Positions 30,066-39,986 of a stretch of 64,000 bases of DNA are shown in pieces. Position 1 is the first letter of the stretch. Every line of letters starts with the position of its first letter. The position numbers and the translations under genes were made by a program. A model generated the notes under the pieces. The model saw nothing but the letters and a program-made list of their open reading frames with translations, searched no databases and was not told the origin of the DNA. The stretch spans positions 4,064,001-4,128,000 of the forward strand of contig CATQHZ020000001.1 in assembly GCA_958296135.2 (NCBI GenBank), in the 5' to 3' direction. This DNA comes from an uncultured Poribacteria bacterium (GTDB taxonomy: Bacteria; Poribacteria; WGA-4E; WGA-3G).

Positions 30066-30866
30066 CTACAAGAGTGATTCCAGATAGTTCCTCGCCTTGC
30101 GCATCGACTCAATCGGATCGGACTCGCCTTCATAGACGACAGAGAGGCAACCGTTATAGCCAACGCCGCGCAAAATGTCTAACACGCGGGGATAGTCCAG
30201 CCATTCCTCCACGCCGCTATCGAGCTGGTAAAACTTAGTGCGGACATAGACAGCGTGCGGTGCCGTCTGTTCGATGCTGGCGTAGCAGTCGTAGCCCGGA
30301 TGCGCCGAGCCGCGATGCCCACTCGCACCGGGGGAACCAGCATATTGCCCCGTGTCCAAGATATGCGTGAAATAGGGATGGTTTGTCGCCTTCAACGCGC
30401 GTAAAACAGCATCGCCATCGCGCGTAACGTTATTGTGGTTGTGGTTCTGCAACCCGACGAGGATACCGGCGTGATACCCGTATTCCGCCACCTCTTGGAA
30501 CCCCGCTATCATCGGCGGCCATAAGGTTTCCTCATCTTCACAATCATCGGGGACATAAGCGGCGAAGACGCGAACGAGGGGGCAACTCATGTAGGCCGCC
30601 ACATCGATCCACCGCTTAATCAAGTTAATCTGTTCGTGGTGTTCAGCAGCCGGGCGGCCGAAATTGTTGCTGACCCCGATGTAGCCGAGCGGCAAGCCTT
30701 TGCGCATCAGATCCTTCTTTAACTCGCGCATATAGGCGGCATCGGTGGACTCAAACGCGCTAGAATGCAACTCAATCACGTCAAACCCCAAATCATAGAC
30801 GATTTGCGCGAAAGCGGTAGCGGTGGTATTCTTGACATTCAGGGACATTGTGCCGAGTTTGATCAT
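30066..30866 (-). CDS. Sugar phosphate isomerase/epimerase (TIM barrel)
   Basis: GFDVIEL, LQNH, LDTG, LSVVYEG. Confidence 0.85.
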   Translation of the reverse strand: MIKLGTMSLNVKNTTATAFAQIVYDLGFDVIELHSSAFESTDAAYMRELKKDLMRKGLPLGYIGVSNNFGRPAAEHHEQINLIKRWIDVAAYMSCPLVRVFAAYVPDDCEDEETLWPPMIAGFQEVAEYGYHAGILVGLQNHNHNNVTRDGDAVLRALKATNHPYFTHILDTGQYAGSPGASGHRGSAHPGYDCYASIEQTAPHAVYVRTKFYQLDSGVEEWLDYPRVLDILRGVGYNGCLSVVYEGESDPIESMRKARNYLESLL

Positions 30867-30961
30867 GGGACGGTTCTCCTCTCGATTTTTGTTACGATTG
30901 CGGTACGGCGAGGGACAGCCCCTCGCCCTCCGGGGCCTACTTCAATCCAAAGCGCGTTTTG

Positions 30962-31822
30962 CTACGGGCCAAGAGGCGGTTCTTTTATCAAAATCGCTGT
31001 CTGCTGATTCAACACTTGTAGGAACGTTTGCAAAGTCCGTTGCAGTTCCTGGATGTGCTGCAGGTCTGCCTCAAGCAGCGTGACACGTTCGTCAAGGGTT
31101 TCTAACCGGTTCAGATGTTCCAGAATCTCCTGCACCATGTCGCGCACTTTCCGGTGGTGCTGCCGGTCTTCTTCCAACTGCTGCACTTTCTCTACCGTTA
31201 ATGCGAGGGTTCTCTGCGTTTCTGTCAAATCCCGTTGTAAACTTTGCGTAAAAGTGATTAATTTCTCCAGCGTATTCGTGGTTTTGTAAGGCGGTTTCTC
31301 CGTTTCCACGTGAGTATTTCCTGGCGGCGCATAAAAATGAGAGGCCGCGGGCTCTTCCTGTCGGCGTGCCTCGCCCGGGAGATGCTCGCTGACTTGGGGG
31401 ACTTCAAGTTCCGGGCCAAAAATACCGAGCAACTTGATGTGATACAGAAACGGAGTATAGTGGCCCTTCCGTTCAGTGTAAGTGATTTGCACCCGGATCT
31501 CCTCGTCAACCTTCAACGTATTCAGCCGACTATGAATATTCCGAATGACTACCTCGTTATACCCGAATGCGTCATTCGACTTCGGATTTAACTGCCGGAG
31601 GTAGCGAACGAGCTCAATGCTATCGGCACTCTCCCGCAGCGTGCCCTCTGGCGTTAAAACACCGACGATACCTTCGTCCGGCGTATCCGAACCGGGTGAC
31701 GATTGCGGCTCCGGGAGCACAATGTCCAACGGCACTTCGCCATGAACCGCTCTCATACCGAGGTTCCAACTGGTGAGAGAGCGTCTGCTACAGAACGCGA
31801 TGAAGTCGTACTGAATTGCCAT
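30962..31822 (-). CDS. Hypothetical protein with C-terminal coiled coil
   Basis: Long ORF in operon-like context; heptad-rich C-terminus. Confidence 0.7.
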   Translation of the reverse strand: MAIQYDFIAFCSRRSLTSWNLGMRAVHGEVPLDIVLPEPQSSPGSDTPDEGIVGVLTPEGTLRESADSIELVRYLRQLNPKSNDAFGYNEVVIRNIHSRLNTLKVDEEIRVQITYTERKGHYTPFLYHIKLLGIFGPELEVPQVSEHLPGEARRQEEPAASHFYAPPGNTHVETEKPPYKTTNTLEKLITFTQSLQRDLTETQRTLALTVEKVQQLEEDRQHHRKVRDMVQEILEHLNRLETLDERVTLLEADLQHIQELQRTLQTFLQVLNQQTAILIKEPPLGP

Positions 31823-31893
31823 ATTTTCTTCTCTCCCGGTAGACACGGCCCCTGTGCGCGCTGACGAAGCGCGCCTACCGGCGAATTATCGGA

Positions 31894-32748
31894 TTATTTC
31901 CTTAACCGCGACCTCACCTGCGTGAGTGTCGGAATACGGGAGGTGCCGACACCTTCCACGGCAAACGATGCCACACAGTGCGCGAAATTGAGGGCCTCGG
32001 GTGCCGAACGCGTCTGATAGTAGTTGATTAAAAAGGCCGTCGCGAACACATCGCCGGCACCCGTCGGATCCACCTCGGTAATCGGATATGCAGGCGAATT
32101 GAGGACGCTCCCGTTTCGGAAAAGTTTCGCGTCCCGCGAACCGCGCGTCAACACGACAATAGGTACCAATTCAATATACTTCTCCAATGCATCGGGGTAA
32201 GTCCCCAAATCCTCGTCGCTGAGGATGAGAATGTCGGTGTACGGCAAAATCTCGTGTGCATTCTCCCACTGCTGCGGAAACACACGCCCGCTGTCATCCC
32301 ACTGCCGCATCCAGCCTTGCGGCGTTATGCCGATTAAGGGCTCATCGCCAAAACTGTGAACGAGCGCCGCCTCCACCTCGCCCGCGATAGGACAGAGATA
32401 GACAATATCGGGGCTCCGCCACTCAGCAGGAACATGGCGTGAGCCCAAGCTCTGGGCTACAGCCGAGAGAAACTGCTGCCGGTTGCCGTGCGCGTCATAG
32501 CGGTTATCAAAAATCGTCGTCTCCGGCGATTCGTGATACGCCGTCTCAATACCAGCCAACAGCGGATTCCCCCGGTCGAAATTTGCGCCGACTGCCGTGA
32601 CTGCACGGACAGGACAGCCGAGGCCACGCGCTGTCAATGCGGCATACGCGGCGGAACCGCCGAGGATATACCCATCAGGTGCCACATCATAGCAAAAATG
32701 TCCCACAGAGAGAAACGTTGGCGGCATTGCGTTATCCTTAGAGTTCAA
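31894..32748 (-). CDS. PfkB family carbohydrate kinase
   Basis: GGSAAYA, DPTGAGDVF. Confidence 0.9.
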   Translation of the reverse strand: MNSKDNAMPPTFLSVGHFCYDVAPDGYILGGSAAYAALTARGLGCPVRAVTAVGANFDRGNPLLAGIETAYHESPETTIFDNRYDAHGNRQQFLSAVAQSLGSRHVPAEWRSPDIVYLCPIAGEVEAALVHSFGDEPLIGITPQGWMRQWDDSGRVFPQQWENAHEILPYTDILILSDEDLGTYPDALEKYIELVPIVVLTRGSRDAKLFRNGSVLNSPAYPITEVDPTGAGDVFATAFLINYYQTRSAPEALNFAHCVASFAVEGVGTSRIPTLTQVRSRLRK

Positions 32749-33070
32749 AGACAGGCTCCATGCGGGCCCACCATTCGCCCGGCTGCGCCGCCGCGACCGG
32801 CTCTTGGAAGGCGCGCATTAATGCATCCCACTCCCGGCACCGCGGGTGCTGTTCAAGGTAGCGCGGAAAGTCACGTTCAATATCAAACGCATCCACAGTC
32901 TCCATCGCCATGAAGAGCTGGCGGCCCAGAAGATAGATATCCATCCGGGTGATGCCAACCGCTTTCAACGCGGCGACGACTTCGGGCCATGCATCGCGGT
33001 GATAGGCTTTATATGCCTCAATAAGGCCCGGGGCGTTTTTCAGGTTCAATGTTAAACCGAAGTGTTTCAT
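32738..33070 (-). CDS. L-rhamnose mutarotase family protein
   Basis: YKAYH..AWPEV, EWDALM, W..MEPVFEL. Confidence 0.88.
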   Translation of the reverse strand: MKHFGLTLNLKNAPGLIEAYKAYHRDAWPEVVAALKAVGITRMDIYLLGRQLFMAMETVDAFDIERDFPRYLEQHPRCREWDALMRAFQEPVAAAQPGEWWARMEPVFEL

Positions 33071-33254
33071 ATAAAAGTTTTACTCAAACAAATTATCAAC
33101 AGCACTTACGCCCCTTCTGGTAGGCTTGGTTCAAGACCGCGCTGACGCGAAGCATTTCTGCGTAAGTTCCAACCCATTAACTGCTATCCTACTAAATTTT
33201 GACATATTTGTCAATATTTTTTTCAAAAAACATTTTGCAACGGCGAATCTGCAC

Positions 33255-33284
33255 TTGACATCACCGAACATCTTATGCTATAAT
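33255..33284 (+). promoter_or_regulatory. Sigma-70 promoter
   Basis: TTGACA-N18-TATAAT with TG extension. Confidence 0.7.
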
Positions 33285-33380
33285 AAAAACAAAAAACAAT
33301 CTATAGACTTTAATGCGCTAACGCACGCTATCGGAATCAAGCCTTTTGCTACCTCACCACAACGCGCAGAGAAAATTGCT

Positions 33381-34451
33381 ATGAAACGCCTCCTTCGGAA
33401 AACCATTCCAAACGCCTTGATTCTGTCCATCGGGCTGCATCTCCTCTTGTTTCTGACGCTTGGGACGTTGTATCGCCAAAAATCAGTGCAACCCTTGGAG
33501 CCGTCTACGGAACTCGCGCTGGCGAAGATTCGGCCGCGAACCCCGTTGCGCCCCTTGAAACGTCCGCCGCACGTCCCGATAGAATCTACAACGGTGCTAC
33601 AGAAAATGCAACCGACGAAAGTAGTAAAAGTCCAGCCAACGTTGTTGCAACCCGCTGCGCCAGCCGTATTGCACCGGGAGACGACAATTCGTCTTCAAAC
33701 ACCCGGGCTCCCCACACCGGCAGCGGTGGGATATACTGGCGGCAGTGCCTCGCCGGTGCCAGGGTTGGACGGCAGCATAGGCAACGGAGTCGGCTCAGGC
33801 GTTCCTGTCGGCAGGAGCCGGACCGGCGGCGGGGCGAAGCGGTTTCTTCAAAGTCCAAATGAAGAAACCCTAGATGGCATCGCGGAACTGACGCTGCCAG
33901 CACTGGCACTCACCAAAATCGGCCGGCACATTGTCGCCAACCGCACCGTAGACAGGGTTGACATCGTCTTCGTGATTGACGGCAGCGGGAGCATGAAAAA
34001 CGACATTAACGCCGTGCGAGAACATCTCAGCCACATGACAGAACTGCTTGACGCAGCGGATATCGATTTCACCATCGGCATTGTCGCCTTCCGAACCGGC
34101 ACAGGGTATACCCTCCTCGGCATGGATTTTGAGGTTATCCCGCAAACGCGTTCCATTGCTCAGATTAAAAAGATATTAGGACAATTGCGATGCAGCGGCG
34201 ATGAAAAGGCACTGGACGCGCTCGTGCGTGCAGCCGATGAAGTCCGTCTCCGACGCGACACCGATGTCCATTTCATCCTCGTCACAGACGAATATGTGAG
34301 CGGCGCGTACTCTTCCATAGACGTGCTAACGAAGATGAAAATGGCGAAAATCAAAGTCGATGTTATCGGACGCGATGAACCCTCTCAAAAGTTTCTTGCG
34401 AAAAGCACCGGCGGATTGTGGCTGCCGATTTCGAGTCTCGCGGTGCATTAA
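33381..34451 (+). CDS. Membrane-anchored vWA domain protein
   Basis: SIGLHLLL TM segment, Pro/Gly linker, MIDAS DIVFVIDGSGSM, LVTDE. Confidence 0.88.
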   Translation: MKRLLRKTIPNALILSIGLHLLLFLTLGTLYRQKSVQPLEPSTELALAKIRPRTPLRPLKRPPHVPIESTTVLQKMQPTKVVKVQPTLLQPAAPAVLHRETTIRLQTPGLPTPAAVGYTGGSASPVPGLDGSIGNGVGSGVPVGRSRTGGGAKRFLQSPNEETLDGIAELTLPALALTKIGRHIVANRTVDRVDIVFVIDGSGSMKNDINAVREHLSHMTELLDAADIDFTIGIVAFRTGTGYTLLGMDFEVIPQTRSIAQIKKILGQLRCSGDEKALDALVRAADEVRLRRDTDVHFILVTDEYVSGAYSSIDVLTKMKMAKIKVDVIGRDEPSQKFLAKSTGGLWLPISSLAVH

Positions 34452-34529
34452 AAAAGTGATGCATGGGAACTGGATGACTTTTCTTCACCCTTAATACCGA
34501 GAATTTCAAAAATTTCACAGCATCGTGTG

Positions 34530-35891
34530 TCACGGGTTTATCTTCTTCTCGATGAGTGCCATGCGGGTAAACCGCGTGATAACACTTTCGGCGTTAACAG
34601 CATACCACTTTCCCTCTTCAATTGTCATGACAGCGGTGTTGCGCTCGCTAGCATCAAGGGTTTCGGAAAAGAAATCGGCCGGTAACCAGTTTTCATAGGT
34701 GACAGGTTCACCATCACTCCATTGCCATTCCGCTGCTGTGCGGCTGAACCCTATCCAATAAAAGTCGCCGCCAAAAACCGCTGATACCCACTGTTGTTCC
34801 TCTTCATCGTTAAAAGTGACAAGGTGTGCATCTTCGGCAGCGGCGAGGGCGAGTGCCTCGTCGCGCGTTTCGCAGCGGATACGTTTGTAGGCGTGCGAAT
34901 TCGCAGGATTCACTAGCCATACGTCGTTAGAACCCAACTTCGGTTGCGGTTTGGGTGCAGATGCGTCTGGCACGGCAGGTGCAGCTTTCACCTGCACTTC
35001 CGGTTCAGGAGAGAGCGGCTTGCTGTCAAACGTTAACACCAAATTGTCGTAACGTTCCCCCGGTTTGAGGAGCACCGGCTCAGCCTCGGCTTCAAGTCCC
35101 CTGTATATCGCTACCAGCGTGTAGAATGCATCGTCGTCCTTTTCTTTTAGATAGTGGACAAAGTAGCCTTCGGCATCCGTCCAGGGAGTGCTGCTCGAGC
35201 CGCCCGCGCCGCTTCCATCCGCCTGTCGGGAGCGGACGCTTATGTTAATTCGCGCGTTGGAAAGCGGTGTCCCGTCTTGAAAAAGGAGCTGTCCCCGCAT
35301 CCGCATCCGAGGTTGCACCGTGACGACAGCGTCTTCAACGTGCATCCCCGGTCTGATTCCAAATACGATTTCCTCATAATCTTCGCGAGGAGAGAAGACT
35401 ATCCCGCGTATTCGGAGGGCTCTCACTTCAACATCGGGTTCAAAATCGGCATGCTCCATCCCAAAACTGCTGGCGACGAGTGCCTCCAAACTGTGAGTCT
35501 CAAGGGCATCCATGAAGAGTGCTGTTATCCCTTCCGCGTTTATTTCCTTCAGACGGTTGGGAAGGCGTGAGTCTATATCAGGAGGCAGCGCACCGAAGTA
35601 AGCAGGACCGGACGGGATACCTGTAATGGAAAACCGTCCATCTGCATCGGTGCGTGCACGCCGCAGGCGTGGATAGTCCTCCGGGAAAAAGGCATACAAG
35701 GGCATATCCAGCGCGTCCTCCATTTCGGCAGGCCCTACAAATATTGGTAAATCGGCAATAGGATTACCTGCCACATCGACAACGCGCCCTGCAAAAGTGC
35801 CAGTCTCTGCTTGTGCGAGGCCCCCGTCTAAAGCAAGGCACAAGAAAAGCGCGAGAAATGCAAGCGTTCCAGTGAAGTTTGCGCGGTTCAT
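34530..35891 (-). CDS. Secreted carboxypeptidase-regulatory-like + C-type lectin-like protein (type B')
   Basis: Signal peptide, GRVVD..G.P, TDADGRFSI, NSHAYK..C...LVT.ND.EEQ..YWIG..WQWSDGEPVTYENW. Confidence 0.85.
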   Translation of the reverse strand: MNRANFTGTLAFLALFLCLALDGGLAQAETGTFAGRVVDVAGNPIADLPIFVGPAEMEDALDMPLYAFFPEDYPRLRRARTDADGRFSITGIPSGPAYFGALPPDIDSRLPNRLKEINAEGITALFMDALETHSLEALVASSFGMEHADFEPDVEVRALRIRGIVFSPREDYEEIVFGIRPGMHVEDAVVTVQPRMRMRGQLLFQDGTPLSNARINISVRSRQADGSGAGGSSSTPWTDAEGYFVHYLKEKDDDAFYTLVAIYRGLEAEAEPVLLKPGERYDNLVLTFDSKPLSPEPEVQVKAAPAVPDASAPKPQPKLGSNDVWLVNPANSHAYKRIRCETRDEALALAAAEDAHLVTFNDEEEQQWVSAVFGGDFYWIGFSRTAAEWQWSDGEPVTYENWLPADFFSETLDASERNTAVMTIEEGKWYAVNAESVITRFTRMALIEKKINP

Positions 35892-37114
35892 CAGTCTCCC
35901 TCCTTCTCAATGAGCGCGGTTCGTAGGATTTGCCAAGGTACCTGTTCAGGGCCGATGTCCTCCCACTTGTGGCGCCAGATGACGTAATCCTCATCCCCTC
36001 TGTCGGTGTCGTGCGGCTCATGCCGTGCCCAGTTGGTGTAGGTAACAGGTTCGCCACTGTGCCATCGCCACTCTCCCTCCTTTGCGACATCGTTGAGCCC
36101 AATGAGCATTTGATACGGGGGGAAAACGCGTTCCAGCCACTTTTGCTCAGCCTCGTCGTTAATGGAGACAAGATAGGCTCCCTCTCCGCTGGCCTGGAAG
36201 ATGGCATCCTCCGGGCCGCTACACTGGATTTTTTTATAGGCGTGTCCATTGCCCGGGTTGATAATCCACACGCCGTGCGGGTCCAGCCCAGGAGAGACAG
36301 ACGCGCTCGCACGGTGCCGACGGGAAGCATTGCCAGACAGCGGTGGCATCAACGGCATCGTGAACTTCAAAACCGGGGAGAACGATAATGCATCAGGTTT
36401 CAGCAAAATCGGCTTCGCCTTGGCACGCTGGCCCTGATATGTCGCCGACACCGTGTAATAAGCAGGCGCATGCGTTGTCCATCGAGACACCAGCTGCACA
36501 AATTCTCCCTTGACATCCGTCTGTATTGTCCAGCTCCTGTTACTTTTGCTTCCATCGTCTAAACTCAGGAGTTGTAAACGGAGTTTGATGTCAGCACTGA
36601 CAAGCGGTTTCCCATCCACGCGGCGCACTTTCCCTTGTATCCGTAGCATTTGCCGCACCGTAATTTCAACGTTTTCGATACGTTCGCCCGGCTCCGGGAC
36701 AAAGACGATGCCGCGGTCTCCCGGAAGTCCGCTCGCATAGAGGATGAAGCCGCGTATGTCAACGTGCAAAACATCGGCCGGCGGTTCATAAAGCGGGAGG
36801 AGCCCTAATAGGACGGGCCCCGGTTCAAAGTCGGTGATGGAGAAATTCCCATCGGCATCGGTAACCGCAGCGAACGCCCTCGGGTCATCGGCCCAGTGGC
36901 TATTTTCATGGACTGGCGCAGTGAACCACGCCCCATCGCCATCTTCCACCGGCATCAGTGCTATCCTGATGCCGGTAAGCGGTTTTCCCTCTTCATCAAC
37001 GACGCGGCCAGAAAACAGCGAGCGTTCCTGTGTCCTGCTGTCTGAACATATTGCGAGAAGCAGTCCTACAATGCCGATGAGAACTGCCAAAGTTCTGGGA
37101 TGTTGACGAATCAT
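35891..37114 (-). CDS. Secreted carboxypeptidase-regulatory-like + C-type lectin protein (type A')
   Basis: IGLNDVAKEGEWRWHSGEPVTYTNWARHEP...EDY...W.D. Confidence 0.87.
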   Translation of the reverse strand: MIRQHPRTLAVLIGIVGLLLAICSDSRTQERSLFSGRVVDEEGKPLTGIRIALMPVEDGDGAWFTAPVHENSHWADDPRAFAAVTDADGNFSITDFEPGPVLLGLLPLYEPPADVLHVDIRGFILYASGLPGDRGIVFVPEPGERIENVEITVRQMLRIQGKVRRVDGKPLVSADIKLRLQLLSLDDGSKSNRSWTIQTDVKGEFVQLVSRWTTHAPAYYTVSATYQGQRAKAKPILLKPDALSFSPVLKFTMPLMPPLSGNASRRHRASASVSPGLDPHGVWIINPGNGHAYKKIQCSGPEDAIFQASGEGAYLVSINDEAEQKWLERVFPPYQMLIGLNDVAKEGEWRWHSGEPVTYTNWARHEPHDTDRGDEDYVIWRHKWEDIGPEQVPWQILRTALIEKEGD

Positions 37115-38556
37115 GGGTTTATCTCCTTCTCGATGAGTGCCATCCGCGTGAGGCGCAAGACAATACTGTCAGTACCAACAGCATACCATTTTCCATCAGA
37201 AAACGTCATGATAGCGGCAAGCCTTTCGCTGGCATCCACGGATTCATCAAAGAAATCGTCCGGGAGCCAATTTTCATAGGTGAGCGGTTCACCGCTGTCC
37301 CACTGCCATTCGGTAGAGTTTTGCGCGCGGCGGAGGCCAATCCAATAGCATTCGCTGCCAAACACCGCCGCTATCCACTGCTGCTCCGCCTCGTCGTTAA
37401 GGGTGAGGAGGTATGCGTTTTCCGCGGTGGCTTGGGCAAGTGCCTCATCGCGCGTTTCGCAATAAATTTTTTTGTAGGCGTGCCCGTTTGCCGGGTTGCC
37501 TATCCAGACTTCTCTTGATTCATGTGTCGATGGGGGCGGAGGCGTGGAAGAAGCATCGCTGCTTTCGCCTGCATCCGATGCATCCGTAAGCGGAGTTTGT
37601 GATTCTATTGGCATGTCAAAAATTTCCGCCCACCTTTGACTCGGCGACGGTTCGGGAGCAGTCGGTTCGCTGTCAAACCTCAACACGAGTCCATCATAGC
37701 GTCCGCCCGGTTCAAGTAGCACCGGTTCACCTACCGCTTCAAGCCCCTGGTATGCTACCGATAGTGTGTAGAAGGCGGCATCATCTCTCTCGTCCAGATA
37801 GTAGACAAAGTGGCCATCGCTGTCTGTCAAAGGTTCTCTGCCTGAACTGCCGCTGCCCTTGCCACTTGCAAGGGTGTACCGGAGCGGCAGCGAAACCCGC
37901 GCGTTGACAAGCGGCGTGCCATCCTTGAATACAATTCTTCCCCGAATGCGCATCCGGGGCTGCACCGTGACGATGACGTTTTCGACGTGGCCCCCCGGTT
38001 GGAGCCCAAACGCAATTGTCAGCCTATCTTTATCAAAATCGTCACGCGGATAGAAGGTGAACCCGTGCATCTGAATCGAGACGACTTCAACATCGGGCTC
38101 AAAATCATCTGGCTGCATCCGCGGAAGACGCTCCATGACTTCCCCTATAGTCCCTCGTTCTTGTTCCGATGTTGTAATTGCCGCCATCATCAAGGACATG
38201 AGTCTCTCTACAGCATCACTGGGGAAGCGTGCCTCTATATTGCCCGGAAGTGCCCTGAAATATGCAGGTTCAGGGGGGATGCCGGTGATGGAAAACCGCC
38301 CCGCTGCATCCGTTCGCGCGCGACGCAAAAGCAGGTAGTCCGTCGCACCCCACAGCCCGTTAGGGCCCAGCATTGAACGCATTTCAACAGGCCCTATGCA
38401 TACCGGCAAATCGGGAACGGGATTCCCCGCCACATCCACAACGCGCCCAGTGAAAGTAGCAGGTGTCTCCTGCGCCAGGCTGTCTGAAGCAAAGCAGAAG
38501 AGAAATACCACAATTGCCGTTAGAAATGCAGCTGCCGTAACGTCTAAGCGTTTCAT
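37111..38556 (-). CDS. Secreted carboxypeptidase-regulatory-like + C-type lectin-like protein (type B)
   Basis: Paralog of 34530..35891 along its whole length. Confidence 0.85.
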   Translation of the reverse strand: MKRLDVTAAAFLTAIVVFLFCFASDSLAQETPATFTGRVVDVAGNPVPDLPVCIGPVEMRSMLGPNGLWGATDYLLLRRARTDAAGRFSITGIPPEPAYFRALPGNIEARFPSDAVERLMSLMMAAITTSEQERGTIGEVMERLPRMQPDDFEPDVEVVSIQMHGFTFYPRDDFDKDRLTIAFGLQPGGHVENVIVTVQPRMRIRGRIVFKDGTPLVNARVSLPLRYTLASGKGSGSSGREPLTDSDGHFVYYLDERDDAAFYTLSVAYQGLEAVGEPVLLEPGGRYDGLVLRFDSEPTAPEPSPSQRWAEIFDMPIESQTPLTDASDAGESSDASSTPPPPSTHESREVWIGNPANGHAYKKIYCETRDEALAQATAENAYLLTLNDEAEQQWIAAVFGSECYWIGLRRAQNSTEWQWDSGEPLTYENWLPDDFFDESVDASERLAAIMTFSDGKWYAVGTDSIVLRLTRMALIEKEINP

Positions 38557-38559
38557 CGT

Positions 38560-39870
38560 TTAATCCTCCACGGAACGCACTTCCCTTTCAAGGAGTGCTG
38601 TCCGTAACAATCGCCAGGGTACCTGCTCAGGCCCAATATCCTCCCACTTCCCATTCTGCCAGATGACGTAATCCTCATCCCCTCTGTCGGTATCGTGCGG
38701 CTCATGCCGAGCCCAGTTAGTATAGGTGACAGGTTCGCCACTGTGCCATCGCCATTCGCCTTCTTTCGCGACATCGTTGAGCCCAATGAGCATGGAGTGC
38801 GGTGGGAAAACACGTTCTAGCCACCACTGCTCAGCCGCATCATTAATGGAGACAAGATAGGCACCTTCCGAACTAGCCTGGAAGATGGCATCCTCTGGGC
38901 TACTACACCGAATTTTGATGTAGGCGTGTCCATTTGCCGGGTTGACAACCCACACGCCTTCCGCTTTGAGCCCCGAAGATGTTGAAGCACTCGCACTCGC
39001 TTCCTGCCGACGCGCGCCGGTGACAGGGGGACGCGGCGGCAGCGAGACGGTGTAGGCAAACGTCAACTCAGGCATGCGTTCACCCGGTTCAAGGATAAAC
39101 GGCTTCGCTTGGGCGCGCTGCCCCTGATACTTAACAGCCACAATGTAGTTCATTGACGGCTCTTGAACCTCACGCGCAGGCATTGGAACGGGAAATTGCG
39201 GGAACCACGCGGGCCATATCTCCGCAGGTTCCCCCGCATCGTCCGCTAGGTATTTGACAAAGACTCCCGCCGCATCCGTCTTTAAACCACCATAAGAGCC
39301 GCTGCTGCTTGCCGAGCCATTTAGAGCCTCTGTCCGGATTTCAAGTCTGATGTCAGCCTCAGCGAGAGGCGTTCCATCCATCTGCAGCACTTTGCCTCGG
39401 ATTGCCGGCAAACGCCGCACCGTCACCTCTACGTTATTGATGCGAGTCCCTTTCTCAGCAGCAAATACGATGCCGCGGGTTTCATCTTGTTTGGTTGGAT
39501 AGAGGCTCACACCGCCGAGGTCCACTTTGAATAAACCCTGTCCCTTCGGTTCATGATAAGGAAGTAGCCCGAATAACAGCGGACCGGGGATAAAGTCGGT
39601 GATGGCGAACTGCCCTTGGGCATCAGTTTCGGCGGAGAACGCCCACGGGTCTTCCGGCCAGCCACCTATTGGAAACCACGCCCCATCGCCATCTTCCACC
39701 GGCATGAGGGCAACGGTAACGCCAACAACCGGCGCGCCTGTCTTATCAACAACGCGACCGGCGAAAGTAGAGGGAGCGTCCTGCGCGATACCGTAGTGCG
39801 ATGCGATGAGGCAACATACCAAAATGCTAGTGAGAAAGGTGGGAAGGTTTCCGAGGTATAAGCGGTTCAT
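38560..39870 (-). CDS. Secreted carboxypeptidase-regulatory-like + C-type lectin protein (type A)
   Basis: Paralog of 35891..37114 (shared LMPVEDGDGAWF and lectin domain). Confidence 0.87.
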   Translation of the reverse strand: MNRLYLGNLPTFLTSILVCCLIASHYGIAQDAPSTFAGRVVDKTGAPVVGVTVALMPVEDGDGAWFPIGGWPEDPWAFSAETDAQGQFAITDFIPGPLLFGLLPYHEPKGQGLFKVDLGGVSLYPTKQDETRGIVFAAEKGTRINNVEVTVRRLPAIRGKVLQMDGTPLAEADIRLEIRTEALNGSASSSGSYGGLKTDAAGVFVKYLADDAGEPAEIWPAWFPQFPVPMPAREVQEPSMNYIVAVKYQGQRAQAKPFILEPGERMPELTFAYTVSLPPRPPVTGARRQEASASASTSSGLKAEGVWVVNPANGHAYIKIRCSSPEDAIFQASSEGAYLVSINDAAEQWWLERVFPPHSMLIGLNDVAKEGEWRWHSGEPVTYTNWARHEPHDTDRGDEDYVIWQNGKWEDIGPEQVPWRLLRTALLEREVRSVED

Positions 39871-39986
39871 AATCAAATTCTCCTCTAAAATCGGATAAAA
39901 AGTTAGAGAACCGAACGCATTGAGAACATTTTAACATCTCTTTATGGCATTGTCAAGCAAAACGAATTTAATTTTCGGAGAAGAAA

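Noticed and set aside
34530-39870. Diversity-generating retroelement acting on C-type lectin domains
   Set aside because: No reverse transcriptase; differences between paralogous lectin ends are mostly synonymous rather than adenine-specific
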